From a virus (Duplodnaviria; Caudoviricetes), in the IMG/VR virus record IMGVR_UViG_3300023714_000001: 64,000 bases of DNA; one strand, written 5' to 3'. Every line of letters begins with the position of its first letter. Positions within the stretch are counted from its first letter, which is position 1. The notes under the pieces are model-generated. The model saw only the letters and a program-made list of their open reading frames with translations, was not told where the DNA came from and did not search any database. The position numbers and the translations under genes are program-made. Below are positions 41,596 to 52,484 of this stretch, one piece after another.

Positions 41596-42977
41596 TTACC
41601 TGACGCGGCTTGAGTTATGCGGGCTCGCTTACGCTCGCCCGCTAAATTATACCGTTCTCTATATGTACATTCATTCATATATTTCTTTTTATCCTAATAG
41701 CTCTATATACACTTTTATTTCTTACACACACATAATGAGTATGTGTGCTGCATATATAATAAAGAGGATTAGGAGATATGAAAGAATATGTGATAGGGAA
41801 AGAGAGATAGAGTATACGGTCTATCTCTCTGTTGGTGGATATGAGATATACACATAAAGAACAGTACAATTTGCGCGCCGGAGGACGCGCGTGGTTATTT
41901 CCATGCGGAGAAGATGTAAGAACTCTTTGCGGGCGGAGATATAGAACTCGCCCTTTTAAGTAAAGAGGTAATCTTACAAAAAGATATCAACTTTTTGTCT
42001 CTAATAGACTATATAAGTGATATCTTTCCGCATGAGTGTTTGCCGGGGCTCACTTCGTTCGCCCCTTAATAGGGGCATGACTTAATATATACATTCTTTT
42101 GTCTTTCTATGTATATATTTCGTTCTGCCCTTCGGGTAGGTCGTATACTATTTTTTACAATGTCTGTAAAAGTTAGTATACTTTTTAAATATTTGTTTTC
42201 TTTTTTCATATGCTCGCTACGCTCGCATATATAAACAAGCTCTGTTCTTTTTGCTTGTTTGATTAGTTGTTTGGGGATTAATATTGTTTGATGTGCTCGC
42301 TCGCTTCGCTCGCTCGCACTAACAAAATATGAGCTTTTGATTTTTTCTTGTTCATCTGTCAGGCAGTTTCTTATTTGTCTGCGCTCACAAGGTCTGACCG
42401 AACAAGTATATCAATCCGCGCTCATAAGGTTGGGCTGAAGGCCTGGAGCCTATATACGGGGTGGTGCCTTAATATCTCCCGTGGTGCAGTTCTGCGGGCG
42501 GGCGATGATAAGTCCCAACCGGGATGTGTGCAGACACTTAACAGTCTGTTTAACTAAAAAGTGTCTTAGAGGTCTTTCTTCTTGTCTCTTTTGGGTGGGG
42601 AAGGGGCCGGCAACCATATCCGTTTTGGTATTTGTGACATAAGCTATTGTTCTGGGATAGGTTAGTGTTCTGGATAATCTGTATAGCTTTTCTAAATATG
42701 TCACAACAACCATGGTGCTTATCTCACTCCTTTCATGAGTACGAATTTCTGCGGCAGGATTACTTACGAGCGCGAAGTTTTCGTTGCTCCTCTTTGAGCC
42801 TTTGGATTTCGCGCTGGTCTTTCTCTATCTCTATTTCGATAATCTGGTTCACTTCGGAACCTATCTCGAACAGAGCGTATAGCAGTGCAAGAATAACAGT
42901 ATCCTCCTTCGGGTCATTTTAAGTATGCGTAAAAAAACAATCCGCCCGCGAAATTGCGGACGGACGTTTTTTGTAAA

Positions 42978-43799
42978 TCAGGCACACGTTGTCCAGTCGG
43001 ACTTGGTGCCGCCTTTGGAGCCAAAGAGCAGGCCGCCAATATCGGAGCCCAGACCTTTCACTTCATTCCAGGCGTCCCGAACGTCCTTATTGCGGGAAAG
43101 TTCACGGGCGGCGGCTCTGCCGTTGCGGATAGTCGTAGCAAGCGTTGCGGCGCCAACCGAAACAGCGGCAGTCGCAACAACCCTGCCTGTGGTCATACCG
43201 GCATTTACGACAGCCCCTGCCGTCGGTGCAAGGGCGCCATTCAGCGCGTAATCAGCAACGTCCGTTGCGAACGTGGTGACGGCTTTAGCAACTGCCTGCG
43301 TGCGGTCTGACCAGAGCTTGATGTTTGCCTTGCGCTGGATAAGCTGTAAATCCTCGGCGTTAACACCAGAGAGGATAACTGTTTTTCCAGCGTTGCTGGT
43401 TTCGTAGCTGTCTTCATAACCAAGGCTGTCCAGCAAGTCCAACAGGTTGTTGGCTTCCTGACGGCTCTCAAAGGTTTTGGAGAACCTCTCCTGCACTACC
43501 TCGCCGGTTTCACTGTCGATGGTTACCTGTGTTTCTTTCTGTTCACTCATTTTGATTTCCTCCTGTACATTTTTTGCAACTTCCTGTGCAAATTCATCAG
43601 CAATCTGGTCGACGCTTTTTACTTCTTTTGGCGCCGGCTCTGCTTCTTCCGCCTCTCTGGGCGGTGGTGTGACATCGATGGGGTCTTGCTTTTTCTCCTG
43701 TTTTCCTTCAGGCGTAAGCAATGTATCGATGGTATCATTCAGGAAGCTGAGGATAGGGTCAGCCCCCTGAGTGTTTTTTGTATCTTTTTGCGTTTCCAT
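42978..43799 (-). CDS. hypothetical protein, acidic N-terminus and Ala/Gly-rich hydrophobic C-terminus
   Basis: 273 aa, AGGAGG RBS. Confidence 0.7.
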   Translation of the reverse strand: METQKDTKNTQGADPILSFLNDTIDTLLTPEGKQEKKQDPIDVTPPPREAEEAEPAPKEVKSVDQIADEFAQEVAKNVQEEIKMSEQKETQVTIDSETGEVVQERFSKTFESRQEANNLLDLLDSLGYEDSYETSNAGKTVILSGVNAEDLQLIQRKANIKLWSDRTQAVAKAVTTFATDVADYALNGALAPTAGAVVNAGMTTGRVVATAAVSVGAATLATTIRNGRAAARELSRNKDVRDAWNEVKGLGSDIGGLLFGSKGGTKSDWTTCA

Positions 43800-44201
43800 T
43801 AAAATCCCTCCTCAAGGGGCAACCGACTATCAAGCGGCAACCGGCATAACTGCGTCTTCGATAAGGTGGTAGTCATAGCTGACCTCTACTTTGTACAGCG
43901 AACGAAGCTTAAACCGGCTGTCTGCGCATGGAGTGCGGAGCAAATTGATTACGTCGCGGCTGATAAGGCCGTATTTATCCAGACAGGTCTGGGGGATTTT
44001 GGCGGAGATATTTACCCAGCCATTGGCGAGGTTCTTAGTGAGACTCCAATTTACTTTGGAATTTGCACGGTTGGATTTCGGGAATACGATATGTTTCGGG
44101 CATACTTTGTTCATAATCATTTTGGTTTCCGTCCTTTCTTGACGATAAAAACAAACTGGGCCATCAACTGCTGACAGCCCAGTCTTTTTACATGTATTTG
44201 C

Positions 44202-45140
44202 TTATGCGGCAAAATCGATGTCATCTACAGCTTCTTCAGCCGGAGCGTCGATGCCTGCACCTTCGTTCACAATGGCTTCACTGCGGTCCGTGTTGTCCTT
44301 GATGATAATCGTCTTGTTGACGATGGACAACAGGTCACGGGCGGTTTCCTGCTCGGAGCCTTCTTTGATTTCACGGCCAACAACCAAAGAACCATTGGCT
44401 TTTACCAGTTTGTGCTTGCCATTGAGCTTGAAGCCGGAAGCAAGGCTGATGCGATAATTGCGCCCCTTAAAGGTCGTGGACGCAAAACCTTTACTGAAGG
44501 TCAGCTCCATGTTTTCCATATCCAGCGGCAGATTGCTGTACTTCAGCTCCCAGCCAAAGATGGCGTTGTGACCCATCACACGGATGGACTTAAACTTTTC
44601 GGGCGCCGCCTTCAGGTCGAGGAATACACCTTTCGCATAGGCAATGTAGCTGTTGCCATACTTGCTGGCATTGGTCGGGCTGGAAATGTGCTCAACTTCT
44701 TTTGCCGTGAGCACTTCGTTGGAACCCTTGCTAATGCGGTTGAGCATGCCGGAGATGCGGCGAGCCTCAAAGTCATTGACATAAAGAATTAAATGGTCTT
44801 TGCCATACTCTGCGGCCTTGTGGAGAGCCTGACGTACACCGTTCAGCGTTGCAACGGGCGCGGTCATAACTTCGCCCGTCTTCTTGTTTACGGCCTTGGC
44901 TACAACAGCGGGCTCAACGATTTCCTGGGCAATATCGCCGGCAACCAGACCGACGTATCCGCGGGAACTTACAACACTCATGATAACCGTGTTGTTCTTG
45001 AGCTCTTCTTCGCGTTTTGCGCGGGCTTTTTCCGTCAGCACATTGGTTGCCTCCATCTGCTTATCGAGGTTTGCCATCAATGCTTCGCGGCGGGATACCT
45101 TGTTTGCTTCTGCCTTAATCATTTCGTTTACGTTTGCCAT
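44202..45140 (-). CDS. hypothetical protein
   Basis: MANVNEM start after AAGGAG; ends DDIDFAA. Confidence 0.7.
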   Translation of the reverse strand: MANVNEMIKAEANKVSRREALMANLDKQMEATNVLTEKARAKREEELKNNTVIMSVVSSRGYVGLVAGDIAQEIVEPAVVAKAVNKKTGEVMTAPVATLNGVRQALHKAAEYGKDHLILYVNDFEARRISGMLNRISKGSNEVLTAKEVEHISSPTNASKYGNSYIAYAKGVFLDLKAAPEKFKSIRVMGHNAIFGWELKYSNLPLDMENMELTFSKGFASTTFKGRNYRISLASGFKLNGKHKLVKANGSLVVGREIKEGSEQETARDLLSIVNKTIIIKDNTDRSEAIVNEGAGIDAPAEEAVDDIDFAA

Positions 45141-45337
45141 AAATAAAACACTCCTTTTTCTTATCCCGCTTTTTATCAGCATTTCGCTTCAGCGGGCTAC
45201 AAATGAACATTTCTGGACTACTGTCCGTTTTCTGGGGTTACGACGGTGAAAGGATAAAATCAGCTTAGCCCTGCTTACAGGAGACAGACGTAAGTTAGTT
45301 ATATAATCTGTATGTATGCGGGCGGAAAAATCCTCTC

Positions 45338-45370
45338 AAAATAAACAAGACAATCGTCTGCGAAGCAGAC
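45338..45370 (-). promoter_or_regulatory. hairpin + box element
   Basis: Plus strand AAAATAAACAAGACAA-TC-GTCTGC-GAA-GCAGAC. Confidence 0.65.
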
Positions 45371-45864
45371 AAGAGTTCTGTTCTTGGAAAGGGGATTTTT
45401 ACTTTGGGATTCAAGCCTTTCATAGCGCGCCGAAAAATGTAGGAGGCAACAAACATTCTTCGACGTACTATGAGGGGCTCAAAGCTCCTCTTTTTGCCAA
45501 GGTGGGGGTTTATGCGGCGGCCTCTGCCTCTTTGTCCACAAGATGCAGTAAGTCACCATAGGTGGTATGGGCGGTGAAGAAAATGGTCTCGCCGGCCTCG
45601 CTTTTAAGGCGGGCGGCTGTTACGACGTTTCCTTCAAGGGTGTCCCTGCGGATAATGTCAAGTTCACTGCCGCCACTTACGATATGGAAGCTATCGCAAA
45701 GAGTGGTCAGCCTCTTGGCCGGCAAGAACCGGTAGTAGCTTTCAGGGAATATGCTTTCCAGGTCATTCTGAAATACCATATGTCATTTCCTTTCTTTGAT
45801 AAAAAAATAGGCCCCTGACGCATAGGGGAAGCCCATAGGGGGTTGGGGAGCGTCAGGAGCCCAT

Positions 45865-45894
45865 AAAAACAAAGCAATATCGCCCGAAGGGCGA
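45865..45894 (-). promoter_or_regulatory. hairpin + variant box element
   Basis: Plus strand AAAAACAAAGCAA-TA-TCGCCC-GAA-GGGCGA. Confidence 0.55.
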
Positions 45895-46382
45895 AGTGGA
45901 ATTTGGACGAAGACGGCACTATCCAGACAAGAGGATAATTACTTGCGGCGTCTCCAGCCAAATATCGGTTATGCCGCTATTTTATACTCGGCATACTTTT
46001 CTTCCGCAAGGCGGTCATAGTCCCTGCGGGTCATCTTCCGCTTGGCGCGGTCACGAAGCATTCTTGCTTCGCGGCCTTCGCTGTAGATGCGGTTATGTTT
46101 ACGGATTTTTTCTGTGTTTGCATTTGTATTGAACATGATTAGCAACCTGCCTTTCTTAACGAATGTTTCTTGCGACGGCGTAGAATACAACCGCGCCGGT
46201 TGCAATCACGTCTACTGCCTGTTCTGCTACGGCCTTGGCTCCACCGACAAATTTCTGCCGGCAGGCCAAAACCTTCTCGTCACTTACTGCCTTGTCGTCT
46301 CCTAAATACCATTTGATAAATCTTTTCATATATATTCAGTCCCTTCATTTTCTAAAAATCAACAGCAAGCGACGCAAGTTTT

Positions 46383-46790
46383 TTACGCGGCTTCTTTGTC
46401 GATTACCGGCTCGGTAGTAAAACTGCCGTACGGTTTAATGTGTTCGTCTTTGACCGGAGTGCGGTACTTCTTGCATACTGTATCAAGCTCACCCTCCAGG
46501 ATGTTTACCGTGCTCTTGCAGAGTTCGAACAGACTCTTGCCAACGCCGATTACGTTCTTGATGAGACCAGCGTTGCGGCTGAAGATACCCAGCACATCGC
46601 AAAAGAAATTGTCGTTGCTGGCAATGGTGACAATAGCCTCGCCATCTACATGGTTCACGCTGAAGCGAATGGGGCCATCTACTTCATACTGGTCTTCACG
46701 GGCAAAGGTCTGGCCGAAGGATTCCATCAGCTTCTTTACGGCGAGCATTTCTTTAGCGTTAAAATACATTTTCATTTCCATGGTGTTCAT
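46383..46790 (-). CDS. hypothetical protein
   Basis: 135 aa, AAGGAG RBS; ends KEAA. Confidence 0.7.
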   Translation of the reverse strand: MNTMEMKMYFNAKEMLAVKKLMESFGQTFAREDQYEVDGPIRFSVNHVDGEAIVTIASNDNFFCDVLGIFSRNAGLIKNVIGVGKSLFELCKSTVNILEGELDTVCKKYRTPVKDEHIKPYGSFTTEPVIDKEAA

Positions 46791-46832
46791 TCTCCTTTTC
46801 CAAAACTACACAAATATTTTCGGGCAAAAAAA

Positions 46833-46982
46833 TTAAGCCGCTTTGCGGGCGGCTTTTTCTTCCAGCGTATTTGATTTTTGTGTCTTACGAGCTACAAGCT
46901 CCAAGGCTTTTCTGATTGCCTCAGCTCTTTCAAACCGTGTTCTCTGGTCGCCCCATTCAATCGAGATGTACGTCTTTTTCAT
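46833..46982 (-). CDS. 49-aa protein ending RKAA
   Basis: GAAAGGAG RBS; below the ORF-track size cut-off. Confidence 0.6.
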   Translation of the reverse strand: MKKTYISIEWGDQRTRFERAEAIRKALELVARKTQKSNTLEEKAARKAA

Positions 46983-47023
46983 GATAAACGCTCCTTTCAC
47001 AATGCGTCCAAAAAAATCATCTC

Positions 47024-47056
47024 AAAATAAACAAGACAATATCGCCCGGAGGGCGA
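47024..47056 (-). promoter_or_regulatory. hairpin + box element
   Basis: Plus strand AAAATAAACAAGACAA-TA-TCGCCC-GGA-GGGCGA. Confidence 0.65.
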
Positions 47057-48900
47057 AACGGCAGTCAGTGGGTATATCTCTTTCTGTTGTTGCGGGACTC
47101 TTTCTTGGGAAAGTAGGTTTCCTGAATACTTTCCCAAATGGCCGACAGAATTACCCAGCCAATGAGAATGACAAAATACAAGATACCTGCAAGAAAGAGT
47201 AAAACTATCCAGACTTCCATTTTTCAATTCCTCCTAAATCACGATGCGCGGCGTATAATGGCCGGGCGATGGATACGGTCAAAGATTGCATTGACAGCCA
47301 TGCGGGCGGCCTGCTGAACACTGTCGCACCCTACAGCTTTGCCATTAGCAAATACCGTGAATGGTTTGCCCTGCGGCTTATCTTCCTCATCGAAGTCCGA
47401 CACAATCTTGCCGTCTTTCATCAGCCAGCTATAAGCTGTTTCTCCGGTAAGTTTGTCCCTGTACTTCGTAGTGCAACCATGTCGCGATACTATCTCCCAG
47501 CGGTCAAAGGAGCCGGGAAGATAATGATGGATAACCAGCTCGTAGGCAAGCGTAGCAAACTTGCCGTAGGTTACGTCCCAAACAGGAATTATCATAACAT
47601 TATTACGGACGATTTTCAATGCATACTTTTTCATGGCATATCTCCCTTTCTATTTTACGCTACACCATTTTTCTCTGAATAAATGGGCTCTCCACTCCAC
47701 GTTTTCCAAAGATATGGATATTCCTCGCGGATTCTGGACATAGGCAGACTGATATGCCGGAAGTCTTTTTGGCGAACTCCCTTGTAGGCATACCATACAG
47801 TATGGTTAATACCGAAGTATTCCAGTAACCTGCTCACCTTTTCTGCCGTGCAAAGCGACATGTCTACACTGGCATACTCGCGGAGCCAGCCACTAAATTC
47901 CCTTGCCTCAAAGCTTATGGCAAGACTGCCCACTTCGGTTTCTGTAATATCGTTTCCTGCAAACATGGGTGCGCTGCATTCACTCATCACCATATTACAT
48001 ACTTCCAAAGCAAGCTCGGTGGAGCAGAGCCCTGTCATCGAGCCACGCTCTTCATTGAGCTTATTTCTTAATTCGTCTTTTGTCATTGTTTGTGCTCCTT
48101 TATTTTTTTGCACTGGCCGAGGGCCTTTTTTACCAGTTCTTCTTTGGTCACGCCTTCCTGATAAGGGAACACTCCCCTCCAACTGGCGGCGTAGTTTATA
48201 CAGTTCGGCTCTTCCTCGCGCTCCATAGGATGCACATCTTCTGCCGTTGCAAACACATATGGTCTTGAAAGCGAACCATCTTCTGCTTCCCAGATAGACA
48301 CGCAAATGTTTTGCGGCTGGAAGTTTTCACTTTCTGCAACCTCATGCTCTATAATGTGTAAACATGGTTTGTTTGACAGCACGGCATTAAAAGCATTTGC
48401 TTTTGCCACGAACACTTCTGCGTCCTTGCGGGCGGCAAATACCTGTTCGATATTCACTTCAGGAGTTCCGTCATAGTATATTTCAGATTCCACAACATAG
48501 ATAGTCATAGCTACTCTTCCTTTCTGTTATAGAGAAAAACAAACCTTCTCAAAAGCATGATAAAAAGAAAACACCGGGCAAACCACAAAATCAGCTTGCC
48601 CGGAGAAGAAAAATATCATGACTTTGAGAAGGCCCCAAACAATATGTTTGGGAACCTCCCCTTTTGTTTTTTACTATAGGAGGGAGCAACCCCTTGCCTT
48701 AGGACTGCTCACACATGACACCAGAATATTATTGAGTTCTAATATCTGATATCATCTGTGAGAAGCCATAACGACCTCTCCTGGTTTTGTGCAAGTGTCG
48801 AGAATGCTGGAACATTCTTCCTGTGCACATAACCGTTCCATCTGTAAGTGTCGGAAGCATTCCAGTACTTCTCCTACACGTCAGGAACAATCTCTCATAA

Positions 48901-48929
48901 AAAACAAGACAACCGTTCGCGGAGCGAAC
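48901..48929 (-). promoter_or_regulatory. hairpin + box element
   Basis: Plus strand AAAACAAGACAA-CC-GTTCGC-GGA-GCGAAC. Confidence 0.65.
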
Positions 48930-49272
48930 AGCTGTCTTTAACTCAGAAACCTCGATGTCAATCCAACTGATATGCTGTGCCGTATCCATAGAAGACGATA
49001 TTGAACATACCGTCGAATAGGCTGGGGTCAATGCGATAACCTTCCCACGACTCCGTTATGTTATCCTGGAAAGACTCGGTCTTAAGGTCAAAACCGAAGT
49101 ATTGTTTTGCGTTGCTGTCGTTGGGGTCGATACAGGAGCTCCATTCATTGCCGCCATCTTCCTCCTCGACAATATATCCGATTTTATCAACGCCAATCTC
49201 TCTAATCTTCTTGTTAAGCTCTTTTACGTCAAACATTTTAGTCTCCTCCTGCAGAAAACAAAAAACATATTC

Positions 49273-49308
49273 AAAATAAACAAGACAACCTATCGCCCGG
49301 AGGGCGAT
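49273..49308 (-). promoter_or_regulatory. hairpin + box element
   Basis: Plus strand AAAATAAACAAGACAA-CCT-ATCGCCC-GGA-GGGCGAT. Confidence 0.65.
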
Positions 49309-49935
49309 GAGGCACTAACTGGATGGCTCAATGTAAACGAGCGCAACAAAAGCCGCCCGCAATATCTTATGCGGCAACTTTCTCAATGGCACAATTCTTT
49401 ACCGCACCAGCGATGATGCGGCACTTGTTTGCAGGTGAAGATGCAAGATACTCGGCAAGGTCAAACTGGGTAACAACTTTGTACTTGCGCTTCGATGCCG
49501 TAGTAAATACAGCCCCGGCGCTCAGAACAGATTCACTATCCAGTTGGGGTTTCATTCCCTCCTCGGCCGAAGGCCCCGTTGCCACCTTGGGCACCTCGAC
49601 GACATCTGCCTTTACCATGGCCATGGCTACCTGCTGAGGGGTAACGCCCTTAACATTTTGGGCGCGCATTTTCCTTCCGTCTACCCACTCTGCTTTTAAC
49701 AGACTAAGTACACCAGAAGTAATACACCCTCTTATAGCTAAGGGCACTACAAATGCCTCAGAATTAGCCATGGCATTATGCAGCATTAATGCACACAATC
49801 CAAACAGAGCTTTTCTTTCATGTGCAGTCATTTTATTAAGTAACATATTTATACACATCTCCCTTTTTAAGCAATAAAAAATAAGCCCCAGCCATACAGA
49901 CTGGAGCTTACATGTTATTTTTAGTTATTCGTAAG

Positions 49936-49963
49936 AAACAAGACAATCGTCTGCGGAGCAGAC
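49936..49963 (-). promoter_or_regulatory. hairpin + box element
   Basis: Plus strand AAACAAGACAA-TC-GTCTGC-GGA-GCAGAC. Confidence 0.65.
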
Positions 49964-49997
49964 AATGGTAGTAGCCATATCACAACGGACGCATATT

Positions 49998-50222
49998 TTA
50001 CGCCGCGTAATCCATGACAATATTGCTGTCTATTGTCTTTTTAGCTTCTTCAATAAGAGCCTTTACCCGCTTCAACACAGGAGACTTATACCATACTTCT
50101 CCACACTGTGGGCATACTGCTCCAGGAACATTCTTTATAGATATCAGATAACCATTATAATGCGCATAGTATACAGTGAGCTTATCACCATTTATGCTGC
50201 CGCCGCAAGTTGCACAAGTCAT
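49998..50222 (-). CDS. YgiT/MqsA-type zinc-finger protein (putative antitoxin)
   Basis: CATCGG..IKNVPGAVCPQCGE; ends DYAA. Confidence 0.8.
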   Translation of the reverse strand: MTCATCGGSINGDKLTVYYAHYNGYLISIKNVPGAVCPQCGEVWYKSPVLKRVKALIEEAKKTIDSNIVMDYAA

Positions 50223-50223
50223 G

Positions 50224-50547
50224 TTATTTCCTCCTCGTCTTAAAGTCATCTTCCCATTTGTCGCTGCTGGGAATATATGCCGTTATAAGCGATATTTCAT
50301 CATTGTCACCATCTAACCCAACAACCACATGGATAGGGCGCCCATTCATATGTATATAAAACATCAGACATGATGGCAGTGGCGTACTCCATGGACGTTC
50401 CTCTATAACTTCACCATACAATATGGTTTGTTCTACTTCGTCTATGGTTATATTTCTCTCGTCCAGTCGTTCACTGGCGTGGCGAGAAATCCTTACGCCA
50501 TATTGAAGACACAGCTTTCTTATTTTTGATATGTTCACAACTCTCAC
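50224..50547 (-). CDS. DUF4258-family protein (putative type II toxin)
   Basis: SRHASERLDERNI..GEVIE..RPIHVV..ITAYIP..W; directly upstream of the YgiT-type gene. Confidence 0.8.
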   Translation of the reverse strand: MRVVNISKIRKLCLQYGVRISRHASERLDERNITIDEVEQTILYGEVIEERPWSTPLPSCLMFYIHMNGRPIHVVVGLDGDNDEISLITAYIPSSDKWEDDFKTRRK

Positions 50548-50582
50548 CTACTCTAATTATAACAGAGAGAAACAAAGTTCTC

Positions 50583-50614
50583 AAGATAAACAAGACAATG
50601 CCTGCGAAGCAGGC
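50583..50614 (-). promoter_or_regulatory. hairpin + box element
   Basis: Plus strand AAGATAAACAAGACAA-T-GCCTGC-GAA-GCAGGC; no credible minus-strand gene within about 1 kb upstream. Confidence 0.65.
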
Positions 50615-51011
50615 TCGGAGGAAGACATGGTGTAACCCCATACTCCCTCCTGACCGGCTCGATGTGGCAGCGAAAAGACGCCACTTTCCGGCGGTCATCG
50701 CCGGATATCGAAGAAGACAAGTGTATCGAGCCCCTGCCGTATCTGGCGGCCAGGAGCCTGACCAGATACCGCGCATGAAGCCCGAAGGGCGGCTTCGGCG
50801 AGCGAGCAATGTCTCGGACACACGCCATCTCTTTTTGCCCGAAGACAAGATGCAGACCACACCTTTGTTGGTGCGATACCGTTGCGGGCGGCGTGGGACC
50901 GAGACGAGCGAAGCGAGCCGAAGGCCTTTATTCTTATGCTTTATTTTATTGACTTTATCAACTTTATATGTTATACTATATGTAAATAAATGAGTTAGGA
51001 GTGGATGCACG

Positions 51012-51257
51012 ATGATATGTTTAACCGATTCTGAATACGAGGTAGTTAAGCCACTGGGACGGCGGCTTCATTCATTGGTTGCCCACTCCGGCTTAAATGC
51101 AGCAGACATTCGCAGTCAACGCCCAGATATTGTTGCAATGGAAAAGGACCTGAACAATATACTGGGGCCAATAACCGGGCGCAGCTACGATATCATCGAA
51201 TGGTTTACCTATACAACCCCTGGAAGAACCGAGCTGAATAAACTACTCAATTCTTAA
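51012..51257 (+). CDS. hypothetical protein
   Basis: AGGAG RBS, upstream TTGACT..TACTAT promoter-like sequence; counter-oriented. Confidence 0.6.
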   Translation: MICLTDSEYEVVKPLGRRLHSLVAHSGLNAADIRSQRPDIVAMEKDLNNILGPITGRSYDIIEWFTYTTPGRTELNKLLNS

Positions 51258-51320
51258 TCAGGTTCCATGCTTCGTCACACATATCCTTAAATTACAATCA
51301 AGAGAAAAGAAGGGGTAGCT

Positions 51321-51578
51321 ATGAAGTTAACTGATGCACAGCGCGGGGCAATCACCTCAGCAGTAACTGATTATATTGATTATTGTGTAAATGAAGATAC
51401 GGATTCACTGGATATCAAGGACAGCAAACTGTCTTCATTGGCGAGCGGTCAACTCTACAACGTCCTTTGCTTGATATATAATACTGGTGCTCCTGATCAG
51501 ACTATCCAGAATAAGCTGGATAGTAAAGACTGGGGCGCTCCAGAGGAAGTAATTCAATTTATCGAGCTTACTTTATGA
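51321..51578 (+). CDS. hypothetical protein
   Basis: AAGGGG RBS. Confidence 0.6.
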   Translation: MKLTDAQRGAITSAVTDYIDYCVNEDTDSLDIKDSKLSSLASGQLYNVLCLIYNTGAPDQTIQNKLDSKDWGAPEEVIQFIELTL

Positions 51579-52115
51579 TTACCAGCCGCGGCTATTAACA
51601 TCCCAAACAGACATCATAATACCCACCAACTCTTCGCGCTCTTCGAAAGCACGAATAATGGTGGCCTCACTAAAGACACAGGATAATACGGAGTGCATCG
51701 TCTCCATACCATTCTGTGTCTTTTTACTGTCTGCGTGACCTGGCGCAGCAGGATAGGTTCGTGCGGTTACATAACGCGAATCATTATCTGCAATATCCGA
51801 AGATGCATCCCGATCGAACTTTAAGTTTATCCGTACATATCTTGCAGAGTCATTTGTCATAATTTTAAAATCTGTTCCTTCAAACAAGTCTTCTCTCCAA
51901 TCAATATCTACTTTCATAAACAGCCCGGTTACTGAGCGAAAATACCCCAGCATCCATGCCATAACCACTTCCATGTATTTCCCGGCAGGAAAGTCCGTGT
52001 TGCTTAGCCCTTCCAATCTGAAATCGGAAAACATCTTCTTGGACAAGCCGGCCTTAAAAGCCTTTCTTTTAAACACCATTAATTCTTTTGCGTTGTTAAT
52101 ATCTTTCTGAGTCAT
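51579..52115 (-). CDS. hypothetical protein, possible PD-(D/E)xK-like fold
   Basis: EDLFEGTDF..VRINLK. Confidence 0.45.
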   Translation of the reverse strand: MTQKDINNAKELMVFKRKAFKAGLSKKMFSDFRLEGLSNTDFPAGKYMEVVMAWMLGYFRSVTGLFMKVDIDWREDLFEGTDFKIMTNDSARYVRINLKFDRDASSDIADNDSRYVTARTYPAAPGHADSKKTQNGMETMHSVLSCVFSEATIIRAFEEREELVGIMMSVWDVNSRGW

Positions 52116-52484
52116 GTCTCATTCCTCCTATACAAAAAACAAAAAAGACAGACTATTTTTGTGCCGTCTGTCAGGGCAAAAAATAATTAAGCGGCTTCCT
52201 GCATGCGACGCTTGGTGTAAGCACCGCGGATTGCACAGGCTACTGCGAACATGGGATGGCTTATCGGCAGGTCTGCTGCAACATAAGTGTTGCCATCCTT
52301 GAGACTCTTCATGGTTGTGTCGCAAAAAGCCTCAAAAGAAAAGAGGCAGGTTTTATTGCCCGCCTCATCTTCAAGATAACCTTCACGGTCACCAGTGAAT
52401 ACCACATAACGCTTAATAGAAAGTCCGTTATAACTTACATTTGCCTCGATTCTCATGACAATTTCCTCCTAAATAAACAAAAAC

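Noticed and set aside
52116-52189. Frameshift or readthrough fusion at the 52187 and 54050 pseudoknot junctions
   Set aside because: No TTT-TAA context; at 52187 the frame leading to the next ATG contains a TAG, and at 54050 readthrough meets another TAA
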